A stretch of 64,000 nt of DNA from Podarcis filfolensis. Taxonomy: Eukaryota. The stretch lies in NCBI GenBank assembly GCA_964270895.1, contig OZ185439.1; one strand, written 5' to 3'. The position numbers and the translations under genes were made by a program. Shown piece by piece: positions 36,467-50,493 of this stretch (its first letter is position 1; every line of letters begins with the position of its first letter). Under the pieces are notes generated by a model. That model was not told where the DNA came from and made no database searches. It worked only from the letters and a program-made list of their open reading frames with translations.

Positions 36467-36697
36467 CAGTGGCACCTTGGGTTACAGATGCTTCAGGTTG
36501 CAGACGCTTCAGGTTACAGACTCCGCTAACCCAGAAATAGTACCTTGGGTTAAGAACTTTGCTTCAGGATGAGAACAGAAATCGCACGGTGGCAGTGGGA
36601 AGCCCCATTAGCTAAAGTGATACCTCAGGTTAAAAACAGTTTCAGGTTAAGAACGGACCTCCAGAACGAATTAAGTTCTTAACCCAAGGTACCACTG
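36467..36697. mobile_element. Tc1/mariner (Tigger/pogo-like) MITE
   Basis: TIR CAGTGG(C/T)ACCTTGGGTTA with a TA TSD on both sides; inverted sister copy at 59006-59220. Confidence 0.92.
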
Positions 36698-38651
36698 TAT
36701 TGGTGGGATGAATTATAGACAGACTAAAGATGGTAAGACAGTATTACATAGGACAGTTAGAACAAAACTTTCTGCAAATGTGCCATAAACTGGACAATCA
36801 CCCTAGAGGGAAGACAAGAGCTGTAAAATCCTTCTGTCCGTGGGTGAAGAGAAGAACAAATTATCCAACAGCTTCAGGATTGAAAGAGTTGGATGGTGGC
36901 TAGACACAGAATTTGAATTATCTTGCGTTAATTGGTGGCAGTCCCTGTGTAAGGCTGATGAAGCAAAATGGATAGTCCCTTCCTTGGAAATGGCATGGTT
37001 GTTTCTCTTGCAAAAAGGTGAAAAGGACATCTATGTTCATCGTGGGCTCGGAATTTCAGGTGTTCTCTCCCGCCCCCCGGTTGTTGTTTGTGGAATGCCT
37101 GAAATGAGTGGAGCGTTGTGTGTGCAAGAATGAGGTGCAGTGCTGACAACTAAGGTCTCGTTGTGACAAATGGGAGCCTCAATCACAGAGGGGCCTCCCA
37201 TTGGCTACATTGGGACCTTTGTCTCAGGTGGCAGATCAGGGCCCACCCACCCTCTGGACTGCTGGCCACAGTCTGCCACTGTTTGGCATGCTGCTGCCAG
37301 GCACTTTTGCCAGGTGGTTCCCCCTGTCACCTTTTCCCCCTGCCCACCCACAGAGTGCGATGCATTGCGGTTCTCATTTGCTTTTGCCCAGCACTTTAAG
37401 TTAAAAATTGCAAAGGCACCAGGAACTAGAGAACAGGGGGCAGAAATTTATGTATGGTAGAATATGAAGAATAATAGTCATGCTTTTGGTAGGAGTGTGT
37501 TCATCTCTCTAGGCTTTGTGCAAATTTACACCTACTCTGAATTGGATTTACTGCACCGTAGAGCACACACACTTTCCTGGGCTATTATATTATGGAGATT
37601 CTGAACCTAAAAATACATCAGGGGTCTAGTTTAGGAGCTGCAAAAGTTAACCAATCAGTCGAAATCCAGAGGGGGAATTTTGGATTATGTGATAGCCTGC
37701 TTTTTTCTCCCAACACTTCCTATGGAAATTATTCCCAGATTTGCAATTTAATTTTGCATATGGACACATTTTGCTGATGCCAAATTGCATGTGGTTTTAT
37801 CATAAAGCGGGAACTCAGTGCTGTGCTTGCTTCAGTCAGATACTGACCTGAGTACAGAACACAGAAGAGATCCAGAATAATACCCAGTCATTGTTCTCGT
37901 CCCAGAGGACCTAATCACGCAAGGTGCTGAGACCCCCTGATCTCCAGCTAAGTCCGTGCTCAGCACATTCTAGAAAGGGGGGGGGGCCTGAAATGCTTTC
38001 CAGCCTCCCCCTTTCCTGTCTAAGAGTTGAACATATATAAAAATCAATTGTTAAAATAAAGTTGATTTTTTTCCCCTGTCACCTTTACAGGTCTGTTCCC
38101 CAGGATCGTAACTATTTATGTTTTATCACATTTTCACATGGAAAATGTGTGACAATGTTTTTCTTTGGACTTTTCAGGATCAGATTGATGAAGCAGAGTT
38201 CAAAGCCAGACATGCAGCAAAAGAGACAAAGGTTTAGTAATGAGCTTGAAATTTACAAAACACAGAAGCAAATATGGCTTTAATACATGATGTGACCCTT
38301 TATAAGGCTTGAAATTACTCTTCAAAAATCATTCTGGCTCGACTTCAGAGCACAGTGTATTGTGGGATACCACAGATTGACTTTGAGTAGTGGGCTGGTA
38401 TTGCAGGAATTTTTTAATTTCCTGTAACTCACAACAATTCTCTTGCAGTTAAACCTTAGAAATGATCTTGCTGCAGTCCTTTTCTGAACAGGGTGTAAGT
38501 CAGTTCAGACTTATGCACACATGGATGCAAATCAAGGTGAAGTAAAACATGAAATACGAAATTATACACTTCTTAAATCAAAATTTGAAAGTCTATAAAC
38601 CATCAGTTTAAGGCACACTTAAAAAGCAAATTCTAATAAAAAGTAGCTTAA

Positions 38652-38740
38652 AACTGCAATCCCATAGCAGTGGCCTGGGAGTAAGCCCCAGTGAACTTAA
38701 AAGGGACTTGTGTCTGAGTAGACATGGGCAGGGTTGTCCT
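38652..38740. repeat. Short palindromic interspersed repeat (GGGAGTAAGCCCC...GGGACTT)
   Basis: Second copy at about 48963-49050. Confidence 0.55.
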
Positions 38741-39454
38741 GTTAATATGCACTCACAGAGTGGGGAACAATTAGTATTGATCCTATTAGTAGCTTTGAAT
38801 AATCCTTTAATTGACTCTTCAAACACGTTTCCCCAAAATATATCACGGTGCTGGTCCTGCATATCATATGTTTATTCTTTGAATAAATAAAAATATCCAG
38901 CCAACATAGACTTCTTTTCATTTCTGCAGGCAAACCACCATGGTGGCGATAACGTCTTGAGAAACAATAAAAAGAAACATTGAACATTAGCGAAATTCCC
39001 ACTTAAGTTCCATTTCCCCCTTCTGTATAGCAGCAGGACACAAGCAATTGGCTTGGCTCCTTGGCCACTCCTCTGCTAATGCGGAGATGGGGGTTCCTGC
39101 CAGTTCCCTCTTTGGACTGTAGCCTCCCATCATCCCATAGTCTACCCCAATCTTTGAACTTTGATCAGAAGCACTGAAATAACATGGGGGGAGGGAGGGT
39201 CCGGGGGTCTACTCAGGCCAGCCCCTTTCCCCACCCTCACTGCACTTAGCAGCCAGGCCCCTCCTACTCATGCATTTGGCCAGCACGTGAATGGGCTTTC
39301 TGTGGGTACTAAGGTACATGTATAGAGCTCCTCCTCATGTGTGGCAGTCTGGTCCAGTGTGCGGCCAGAATCCATGCAAGGGAGCGAAGTATCCCTATCA
39401 GTATGCTGAGCAGTTGACTAGCAGGGGTTTCAGATTCAGCACTGATTGGGTACT

Positions 39455-39780
39455 TATTATTATTATTAATTAAATTAATACACCACCCTTTATTCGAAGG
39501 GTGGTTCACAAGATAAAAATACAGAATAAAAGAACACAAAAAATAGTTCAAACAAAACAATAACACCCTCCACCACCACAAACACATTTAAAAGGCCATA
39601 GAATATTAACCAGCCCAAGGCTGGTTAATTAACGGTGTATAATGAAGGTGCCAGAAGAGCCTCCTTGGGGAGAGCATTCCACAAACAGGGAGCTGCTACA
39701 GAAAAGGCCCGTTTTTGTATTGCCACCCTCTGGACCTCTCATGGAGGAGGCACATGAAGAAGGGCCTCAGATGATGAACT
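39455..39780 (-). mobile_element. L2 LINE 3' fragment
   Basis: GGGAGAGCATTCCACAAACAGGGAGCTGCTACAGAAAAGGCCC (antisense of RAFSVAAPCLWNALP) and a TAA-repeat tail. Confidence 0.8.
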
Positions 39781-41214
39781 AATGGACTACTGATATTACT
39801 GATGGACTGTACAGACCAAAGTTCACAGAGTCTGGCAGAATACACACACCTCCGCAAGTAGTGTCCTGCAACAGGAATCTGCACATACAGGTATGGTCAG
39901 AGTAGAGATCCTTCCATCCTCCTCCTTTTCTCCCCTCTCAGGCGCATTTTGAAAACACCCCCCCCCCACACACACCCATAAAGCAAAAATTGGGTATAGC
40001 ATTCCTCACCCCCATAATTAATTTAATATATTCCTGCATGTTCAAAACAAATTCATATTAGAACAAAATGATAACATACACAATTGTAGCCTTTTCCAGA
40101 AGGGTAGCTGTGCTGAACTTTTGCAGTCAAAAGTACAAATATTTTTTTGGCATTGAAAAGGCTAACAAATGTGTTCATCAGGCACATGTACAGCAAGTTA
40201 TGCACTTAATAAGACTTCATGCCTCCGATGAAGTGGACTGTAGACCACAAAATCTTATGCTATAATAGATTTGTTAGTCTTGAAGGTGTTGTAAGAATCT
40301 TTGTTCTTTTTACATAATATTGTGTGTTTTTTTAAAGTAACTATTTTAAAACTCAGTAAATTACAAATGGTGCTGGACAGAAGTGAAAAAAAACAAACTT
40401 GCCTTACAGTGAAGGGAATTCTGTATACAAGAAGGATGCCATTCAAAATATTAAATGTTCATTTTAATATTTTGATCCTGACTTTATGCCTCTAAGAATC
40501 GGGAATGCGAGTTCTGGGTTGGGTTTTGTAGAAATGATATACAGCAACAACACTGATTAAAAAAGGTAACTTCATTTTATATGTTCTTGGAATTTCCCCT
40601 TTTTAAAAATAACACACAAATGATTGAAAGTTAAGCCATCTTAAGCAGACTAGAATCCTTCAAAAACAGGTCATAGAAAGAACTGAAGCTGAGCCAGTGA
40701 CAAAACTTTAATAAGCAGGGAACATTTTATAATATCTGAGCCAGTAACAGAAAGATCCAAGCCCTTTGAAATGAGCAAGAATTTGATGGAACCATAAATA
40801 TTTTCTTTCCTGGAAAGAAGCAAGTAATTCATGTTTAAATATTCAGTGTAGTCACTTTCTAGTAAACTGCTCACCTCTTCACCAGAACCTTTGGGTTATA
40901 GCCAGCTAAGTTATACACAGAGTAGACCCACTGAAATAAATCGAACTAATTTAACCATGGTCAATATTTGAATGGCTGCCCTATGTGTAGGACTGACATC
41001 AGAATAACCTATAGCCTTCCACAAGGTAGGCCCAACGTCACCCCTTGAGCTTTGTGGCTGAGTGGGGGCAGAGGTGGATTTAGGGGAGCACGGCCGGTTC
41101 AGTTTCACTGGGTGTGGAGCCTTGAGGGCACTGCAGTTGCTGCCATGAGTCTGAGGTAGAATGAAAGGTGAGAGGCAGGGGGGAGGGATTTTGGTGTTGC
41201 ACTGGGTGCCACTG

Positions 41215-41300
41215 AAATTTGATACCCAAGGTCCACCACTGGTGGGTATTCGAACCCTGCTCTCCCAGATCCTAGTACAGTACTCTAACCACTACATGAC
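41215..41300 (-). mobile_element. tRNA-SINE head fragment (Squam3/MIR-like)
   Basis: TATTCGAACCCTGCTCTCCCAGATCCTAGTACAGTACTCTAACCACTACA is a reverse-complement A/B-box head. Confidence 0.55.
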
Positions 41301-44300
41301 ATTGGTTCTGCTGTATTCACCATAGGAACTTCATTAATTTCATCTGCTTTTTTTTTAGTGGCATTTGGGTGCGGGTTTTTCTTGACCTTGTGCTATTCCA
41401 CAATCCCATCAAATTGTGAAGGTTCCTCTATCTTTTTGTACATTGCGTCAAAATTATTGGCAGCATAAGCTGTTGAAAAATGGACTTGAAGCAGTGATCT
41501 TGGCATGGTATGCAACTCCCCCCCCCCAACATTGGTCCCCTGATTCCAAGAGAAGTGTAACAGTCTGTATGTATGTTTGGGAAATACATGAAGGTAAATA
41601 TGGGGACAGCTGAAGGGGGAGGGGGCTCATTTAGTTCCACCTCAGCATGCCCATGATGCCAGTTTATGAATTCCTCCATAATTCCTCTGGAGAAACAAAC
41701 CATCTGTTAAGAATCAAAAGGAAGCAACATTTATGCATTTAGTCATACATAAGAAGAGTTAGTACATAACTTTCTGTTTATACAATTCCCATGACTTCTT
41801 CTCCGAAGAATCATTGACAGCCGATATATCTTGTTTATAAGCCTTGAAATAACAATGTGGTTGCATACATTTTGAAGGGCTTCACAGAAAACACACAAGA
41901 TAAAGATAAGCATCATAAAATTGAGCTTAAATAGGCCTTTTAAAAAGAACAAGTGCCGCCATTTTATTGGGATCATAGAGTTTCCTATCCATGCTGAAAT
42001 ACGAGTTTGCCAGATATGCGGAAGGGACATCATCGAGGAGTTATGGGCGTGCATATATGTTTGTGTTCTATGGATCATGGTTTCCCAAAGTGTGGGTTGC
42101 CATTCCCCTAGGATTACGGAAAAAGTGGAGTGGGCTCATTAGCCCATCATTGCTGTGAGCCCAGATGTGGCCCCTTGAATCTCTCATACACTGTGTTGAT
42201 TCAGAAAGCACCAATTAGGTAAGATTCATCTTCAACCTTCATTCAATTATGGCCACACAAAGCCTTCCCAACACACTTTCCATTGTGAAATTCACACATA
42301 AGTGAACCTACAGGGTAATCCTTCTATAACAGTTGTCACAAATGGTTACCTGTGCAACACCTCCAAATTTCACTCAGTTGCCACTTACTGTTTTCCTTCT
42401 GGCAAAAACAAACACCTGTGGCATGAAATGACTGAAAAATGCATCTAATTTTGCCATGAGGGTGTGTTCATTACCTCAGCCAATGGGTAGTAAAACACTT
42501 CATCATTTTTTCATAAGCAAATGGTCAGGGAAAGGTCAAGTAAGGTCAAGAAAGTGTGTGAGGTGTCAATTGGTTGTCACAAACCATATTTCTCCAAGCA
42601 AGGACAGTTTTCTTGTACGTTTCTTAATGGAGCCGGAGAAATGCCCCACGAAACCATTAATGTTAGTTGATGTTAGTTCTGAGTTGTAATAAAGTTTTTT
42701 TCTAGACTGCCTACAATATATTCATAACATTTTCACTGTAAAAGATAGTTTTTGTTGTTTGTAATTGAAAACAACCCCCTGTACAGTGGAAATATCATTG
42801 GGGTAGAAAATACACCCCCAAGCATTAATGTGCCTTTCCCACACACACATTGCAATCTGAATCAAATTCTAGGCCCTGTTCCAGTCCCAGCCCACCATTT
42901 GCAAGGCTAGAAGGTTGCTGAGCAACCGCAATGGGATGGCAACTCTTCCCTTCATTGCCATGGGGAGGAGAGTTGCCGTTGGACTTTGGAGGGTAAGGAG
43001 GACAGGAGAAATTGAAAAGAAAGAGCAGCATAGGCTAGCAGGAGGAAGGAAGTTAGCTTGGAATATCCCCTCCAGTGCATCAAAAGCCATCCATCTGGTT
43101 TTATGCCATATATTGCATCTTACTGAGTGTAGGTGGGAGGGCCACACCCGCACACTATTTCTGTGCTGACATGTCATAATAGTAGTAATAATAATAATAA
43201 TCTCATTGCTATTCAGAAACCGGAAAGGGTTTCTATTGGCACACATAGCACCAAACATCCGAACACATAAAAGTAAAGCCGAAGCTTTCATGCCAGAAAG
43301 GAAGTTGTTCTAAAGAGCCTCCAATAAATGCGAACAACACATGGCCCCCAGTTTGAGGATTTTATCAGCTGCCATGGAACAAGACTCATTATGATCTAAA
43401 CACTTCTGACAGTTTTTCTCATGACTTCATCAAGTCCCCCTAATGAAATCATCAGCGTCGAAACCTGGGCAAGGACGGCTAAGGTATCACCTTGGATATG
43501 GGAATCGATATTATATGAAACAATGTCAGCGCTGGATTTTGCTGTGAGGAATGACCTCTCAATCTGGGACTGTTATTGTAAATAGGGGATCAGCTTTCCA
43601 CGGCTTTGTTGAGGAGGGCTACGAAAAGGACAAAAGGCTCGAGGCCAAAGCTGAAGTGCAGATGTTAAATGCAAACAAAATCAAGAGTTGAAGCATGACC
43701 AATTTAATGCCTGTCCTAACTTGTACATGAGATATCCACTTGCAAGCTGCCCAGGGAGAGGTTGTGATTTTGCCTTCTCCCGATGCCCTGCCATTTCCTT
43801 TTGATCTTTTGATAGCAAGAGCCAGAAGCTACTGTCCTTTACTATAGCTTGCATAGATGACAGTTATATTCCCCCTTAATGCAGACAGATGATATGGGCT
43901 GAAGTGTCCATTTATTTGATAGCTAAACCCCAGTGATCTCTGCGAAAATAAAATAACACCGTTGTCTATGTGAGCAGGGAAACCACACAGAAGACAGCTT
44001 TTGAGATACTGGAGCCCCCAGTGGACAATTGTTCGCCCATTTCAATTTACACAGCTGGCTGTCATGTCCCAAGAAGATGCCTTAGGACTCAGAGCCATGG
44101 AAAGTAAATTACCATCTCATTCCAAACAACATCATTTCCCTTTGCTCTGGGCAAAATTTGAGGTATGTTAATACAACAATGTTAGGAAATCAGCATTGCT
44201 TCTGTTGGCACAACATTTAACCTGTGTAGAAATGCCAAACGCATTGAAAGAGTGAAAGTGAACTTTTCTTAAAGGAGGAGGGAGACGTAATGCACATAAT

Positions 44301-44507
44301 TGATGAGGCTCTTCTATTTCTGAGAGATCAAAAATAAAAAGGAAAGCTCAGCAGGGGTAGGGGTGGGGTGGGCAGTCATATGAGAAAGCATTTGCTGTTA
44401 TAGGGTTGCCATACATCTGAAATTTCCTGGACATATCTGGAATACTGCATTTGGCAGCAGCGTGCAGGCGGAAATCGGCAAAAAGACATACAATTTGCAT
44501 TTAATTT

Positions 44508-44537
44508 GTATGTATGTATTTGTATGTATGTATGTAT
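44508..44537. repeat. (TATG)n microsatellite
   Basis: Read directly. Confidence 0.9.
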
Positions 44538-45253
44538 TGATGTAAGTTTAGGGTGACTTTCAGAGGGAAAACCATTCTGCAAACAAAGCAAATAACACAA
44601 CACAAAATGGGAGAAGGGGCAGGAGGTGTGAGGGCTAGTGAGAAAGATCTGAGGTTTGGATCTTCTGGGCCACCTGCTAAGAATGTCCCTGATGTCAAGG
44701 TGGTGTTCTCGTTCTCCTAGTTGCCACTTTTTGATTCAAAGCTCCACAAAGTCAGAAGTGCACGTGGTCTCATTCACTTCAGTGCTGGGGGCACTGCTGC
44801 ACACATAATGGTGATTGCTGGCCTCTAGAGTGTATCTGGACCAAACCTCGCAGCTTCCTGCCTGTCTCTCGCGATCCCATTTATGTTCTGCGACTCGTAC
44901 TTCTTAATGTCCAGAGCTAGCTTCAGAGGGTAGCAAAGTAAGGCATTTGCCTGAGCCCCAAGACCAGCAGAGGGCCCACCACCCTAGCTGTGCTGTCATT
45001 TTCACTTTGAAAAGAATTATTCAAGAGGATCAGATGCAACCTAAAATAATGACCTTATCCAGGGAGCTCGCTGATGGTGCTGTGACCTACCGCCACCCCA
45101 ACGGTGGAACCAGCACTGTGTCAGTTTCTTGAAGCTAAAGAATTCTCATCCCAAATGCTCCAAGAGCATAGAAGCTGAGAAAATTGAACGCACACACAAA
45201 CACACACATGGCACAGACAAAAATACTGATTATATCAGCTCTGAAAGAAAGAT

Positions 45254-45410
45254 GTAAGAACGTAGGGAGAGCCCTTGTGTATCATACCAAAGCCCTATCT
45301 AACCCAGCATCCTATTTTCCACAGTGGCCAATCAGATGCCTATAGGAAGCCTCCAAGCAGGACACAAGGACAATAGCCCTATCCCACTTTTGCTGCCCAA
45401 CGAAGTGTGG
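45254..45410 (-). mobile_element. CR1-type 3' end fragment (second family)
   Basis: TAAGAACGTAGGGAGAGCCC...CCCAGCATCCT...CACAGTGGCCAATCAGATGCC. Confidence 0.6.
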
Positions 45411-46494
45411 AACTTCGCTGTCTGCACACTGTTGGAGCACATTTCTGGTTTCACACGTGGAAATCCCATGTTTACATGCAAGCATACTTGGCGCAGCAGG
45501 TGAGGGAATCACATTTAATTCTGGTACGATATATATGGTTGAGAGCCTCACTTTCTGTTGTTTTCTTTATTTCTTTATCTGCAGAAGAGAGAGAGACTGA
45601 ACTTTGCACAAAACAGTGTAAAACATTAGATGCAAGCCAGTGCAATATATTTCAAGGATTATCAACAATTGCAAGGGAGTAATCTGACTGTGAATTCATT
45701 ATCACTGAGGATACTTGCACATGCTGAGTTTATAAATTTGATAATGCTCGGTTTATGAGTTTGATTACTGAGCTGAATTACAGCTCATACTCATTATCTC
45801 AATTAATGCATGCTTTACCACTGTGCTGAAAATAACAAAACTCACAATCAAATGCTAATCAAATAAACTTCTCATAATCAATGGCTATTATATCTGAAAC
45901 CTCATGGCACAGTCCCGAAAGAACGGAGAAGAGCAAATATAGACATTAGTCCCAATTCAGCAACACCAGTGCAAATGACTTTCTCAATGAAAGTTTGTTC
46001 CAGTGAGGGCTAAACTCCATCTCTCCCTCCCTCCCTCCCTCTCTCTGTGTGTGTTTGTATCTGTGTGTGTGCAAACTGCAGGGCTCCCGATCTGGATCAG
46101 AACATACTACGTGGTAGAACATTTACTCAGCTCTCCACAGTGGTTTTTAATGAATTTATTCCCCTCATCCCCCCCACACCCCGCCAGTTATATGCCCCAG
46201 TAGAAAAAGCTGTTTTTGGAGCCAATTTCTATTGTAAGGGCATCTAGCCCCCCTCGATGTTGCTGTACTATATAACTTACATAAAAATGGGAAGTATCTG
46301 TTTCTTATTTTCCAGCCTTAAGTTCAGCTATTCAAATTCTGTATCACTTTGCAACATATATTTTTTCTCATGAAAATTTGTCAGCCTTTTTGTATAAACA
46401 ACTAATATACAGATTTTGAAAGCAATGTTCCTTAATACGATGCATTTTATGTTATTTTCATTAACATATGCATTTTAATACATACCTCTCCCTG

Positions 46495-46680
46495 ATGTAG
46501 ACTGTCCTGGCTCAAATGTAGAGCTCACACTTTACATGAAGGCCATCCCAGGATCAATCCCTAGCCCAAAGGAAAAGATAGCAAGTGGTGAGAAAAACTT
46601 TGCTGAGAATCCTGGAAAGCCACTGACAGTCCTAATCAACAGTCCTAGGCTAGATGGATGAATTGTCTGGCTTGGTATCA
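46495..46680 (+). mobile_element. Old tRNA-derived SINE
   Basis: A/B-box-like GGCTCAAATGTAGAG...CAGGATCAATCCC; tail CTAGATGGA...GCTTCCTGTATTCCT. Confidence 0.55.
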
Positions 46681-46879
46681 TTTAGCTTCCTGTATTCCTG
46701 AGTATAAGGCAGGTGGTAGGCTCGGGACTAATTGTGTTTACCTCATTGTGCTGGATGGAAGGTGGGAAAGAAGTTCTTCCCTACTCTGGACTGTATAAAA
46801 GTAGGGAGGCTTTGCCATGGACGAAAAGGCCACCAGTGACTACTCACAATGATGGCTATGCTCTGCCTTCATAATTGGA

Positions 46880-47040
46880 GGCAGTATCCTTCTGAATACC
46901 AATCGCTGGAGGGAAGAGTGCTCTTGCACTCTTGTGTCTTGCTTGAGGATTTCTCACAGGCCTCTGGTTGGCCTCTGTGGGAGCAGAATGCTTTACTAGA
47001 TGGGTCATTGGACTGATCCAGCTGGTTCTTCCATCTTCCG
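46880..47040 (+). mobile_element. CR1-type 3' end fragment
   Basis: Reverse-complement similarity to 45254-45410 (CTGGTTGGCCTCTGTGGGAGCAGAATGCT...ACTAGATGG...CTGATCCAGC). Confidence 0.6.
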
Positions 47041-48962
47041 CATGGTGGCTCCCTTGTAATCAAGCTTGTGATCATCTCAAATGGTGCAATCCACTCACAA
47101 TTGCATCTCAACATTCATTATAATTTTCCTGCCACACTTGCCCCTCTGGAATACTCTTCTTTGCCCTCGCTTCTTACGGGCCCACAAGACAGCAAATTTG
47201 TTAATTATTAATACAGAATTCTCTAATGTGTTAATTTCCAACACAGAGAGACAGGCCCATTCAACTGAAAATAATGAATGTATGTGCTTGTGGGAACAGA
47301 CCAGCAGCATGGTAACAGGCTCCACCCTGAGCTGTGAGCATTCATTATAACAACAAGATTATCTATCCATCATCTATCTATCTGGAAGGTATTTTTTTTA
47401 AAGGAATCTTGCTTTTCACAGGTTCTTGGTCACATGGAGAAAGCTTATATGTCCATGGGCTTTCTACAGATGTTATAACAAATGCATGTAGGTCAGACTA
47501 GAACCTGCAGCACTGCCATCACCTGAAACCCACTATATCTGTTTATTATCTCCAGTTGGACAAATGTACCCATAACCATCCAAGAAACTCATGGTTTGAA
47601 ACCAGGCACAGAGAAGATGCTACCTCCTAGAACAGACGTTGGGGAACCATTTCTGTTCAGTGAGCCAATTCAGAAAGAGGCCACCTCTATGTAGGTCACA
47701 TTTGGCAGGTGGGCCACCAAATTACCTGATGTCATATGATGTAAGGTGGACTGGATCTTGCTAGGAAGCACCTGGGCTTGCATGCAGCACCAAATTTAAA
47801 GCATGCTGGCTGCAAGCCCAGCTGCAAAGGGAGTGCAGAGTGAATTTGGTTTGTGGGCCAGAGGTTTCCCACTGCTCTACCAGCAGATTGCACGTGTTCA
47901 CATATTCCTGTGAAGTGAAAATAAAAGATGTGCATAAAAAGCAGAGGAGTGATAGGTCAGGACCACAAAGGAACACTGTCCAGTAGCAGCTTCAAAGCTT
48001 CAGTTCAGATTTGTATTTTCTCTGACTTCACCTAAACTCTCACACCCTACATGAAAGAAACCAAGATCAAATGTTGACATTAAAATGGTCGTGCATCTTA
48101 CTAAATCCCTGGGAAATCCACACTTATCATTTGTTTACAAGTGGAGCAGGAAATGATCTAAGCTTCATCAGCTGTAAATTGAAACCCAGATTTCCTTAGA
48201 TCAAGTGGGCTTACTCTTCATGCAGAAAATTAGATATGATAGCTAAAGCACAAAAAGCTCGTAAGGTATTAGCCAACCTTTGTCATTCTGTCAAATGTGA
48301 TCACCTGTTTAGACCATTCCTTGCACTTGATATAGGTAGTTACATTTTGCAAGATGGTTGTTAAAGGCACTGTGTCTCCAATCACTTTTTCTTGAATACA
48401 ATAGCAACTAATTACTTAAATGGGGCTTAAAACCTCTTTCTTTGACTGCTTTAATGTGTCACACAGTGATCATGAAATGAGATAGCACTTTCTTTTCACG
48501 TGTACTTTGATATTACATAATCATTACCATTGTTTGGGAGTCATTCTTTCCAATCCCCAGAAAATGTGGCCCCACCAGGATTCCCACCCAATTTTCTTTT
48601 CATGCCTCTGCATCTTTCTCAAGTATAAGAAACGCAGTATGCAGGTAAGCAAAAGAGGGATTTTGATCTTCACCAGTGCAATGCTCCTTGCTTGGCTTGT
48701 TCAATAAAGGAACTGAATAAGCTCAATGGTGCTATTCTTTACAATTCTAATGAAATACTGCCAAAATCTCCATCACCACTTTAAGCCCAGGGTTTCATGC
48801 TCTTTGCTAAAAGGGTCCCATAAGGGATTTTATATTTTATTGGATTCATCATTTAACAGTCCTGCTTCTTGCTGTAGAAATCGCATAATTCTTTAGTTCA
48901 TTTTGCTAAGGTATGCCTAGCCCTTTCACTCTCAGATTCATTTGATTGGATCCTGACTAAGG

Positions 48963-49050
48963 CCACAATCCTATACCCAGTTTCCTGGGAGTAAGCCCCT
49001 CTCAACTTAATGGGACTTACTTCTAATGTAGACATGTAAAAGATTGTGCT
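48963..49050. repeat. Short palindromic interspersed repeat
   Basis: Sister of 38652-38740. Confidence 0.55.
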
Positions 49051-50450
49051 GTCAGTCTGTTTGTTGCCACTGAAATCAATTAGCTACTTGTGATTAAATT
49101 TTCACTTTTTTTTCATGAGATCTAAGTGTGACTAATTTACTCATCTGGATCAAACCATCTTAGCTTCTTCAGATTCACAATTCAGTGTTCTGCTAAACCC
49201 ACGGATAAGTTTTGATTCACCATATGTTAGTCTTTGGCTACAATCTAAAGTAAAGTTCACCGAATCACAAATAAAGATTGGGCTTGTTGAATCACTGGGC
49301 CATTCCACAGCCCTTTAAACTGCTGCTCTAAAAAAGTAAGAATGTTCTTGGACTGAGCTGAGATTGGTCATGTTTTTGTCTCAGTCATGGCTGACAAGGG
49401 ATAAACCTCTCTTCCTCCTGAGCTGAAAGCCCCTCTCCCCCAACTAGCAAAGGAGTAACTGCATGCTATGCAAGCTGTGTAATTTGTAACTTGGCCCTGT
49501 TCTTTGTGAAGTTTCATTCATGAATGATAGACTGTGGCTGCATACACACCAACACCTCTGTAATCGTTTTTCTCATGGTCAACATGATGCTCTCAAAGTC
49601 GACTTATTCTAGATTCTGCCATCCACAAGGCTTCCTGGTTCATGCAGATTTTTCCTGCTCTTTGAACTACCATATTTGTGACTATGCAGCCTACAAACAC
49701 ACACAGTGTGGAATTTCATGTAGGACAGCGGCACTTCTGCAAAGAGATATGAGGATCATTTGCCCCAAAGAATGGATGTTTCCCATTTTTTGCATGTCCA
49801 ATGAAAGCTTCCATTATGCTCCCTTTCTCGAAGAAGCAATTTTCTTATTCAAACCAGTCAAGAGGCATTTTCCTATACAATAGGCTTGTCGTTGATTACT
49901 CTCATTATTGCTTCCATTCTCTGTTAGAATTGGAGTAATTGATACTTTCAATGCATGCCTATTAGAAAGGTAATTTCATATTGTACCTGGTATCTGGCCA
50001 GGTAAGGAGCAAGGTTCTGAAGGCAGTTTCATTACCATAATCATTTAATGAGGTCAATCACAAGTCCATACAAACTCAGATTAGTATGACTTAATTAAGC
50101 TTTTAGAAAATGATCAAGTACCATCTATTAGGATTTTCAGAATATGATTCAGGCCAATTAGACCGTTTCCTCTTCGATGAAAGGGGTAATAGGAGGTACT
50201 CAGGTTACTTTCCAGGTGAAGCAGCAATTTTGCCATTGTTGCCATAGAGTGAAAAAGCTTGGCCAGTGAGAAAACACTAAGCATCAAGGATCACAGACAT
50301 TTCATATTGTGCAGCTGTGATGACATGCAGGGAGAGATGGTGTAATCTCCCTCCTTCTGACAAAGCATTGGTAATGACAGCTGAGACTGGGGCAGGGTTG
50401 TGCTTAAAGCTCTTCCAGCTTCAGCTCAAGAAAAAGGAGGTGACTGCGGC

Positions 50451-50451
<1 letters not shown>

Positions 50452-50491
<40 letters not shown>
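50452..50491. repeat. (CA)n microsatellite
   Basis: Read directly. Confidence 0.95.

Positions 50492-50493
<2 letters not shown>

Noticed and set aside
35959-36475. Several overlapping 87-147 aa ORFs
   Set aside because: Explained by the GC-rich hAT insertion and SINE, which are poor in stop codons.
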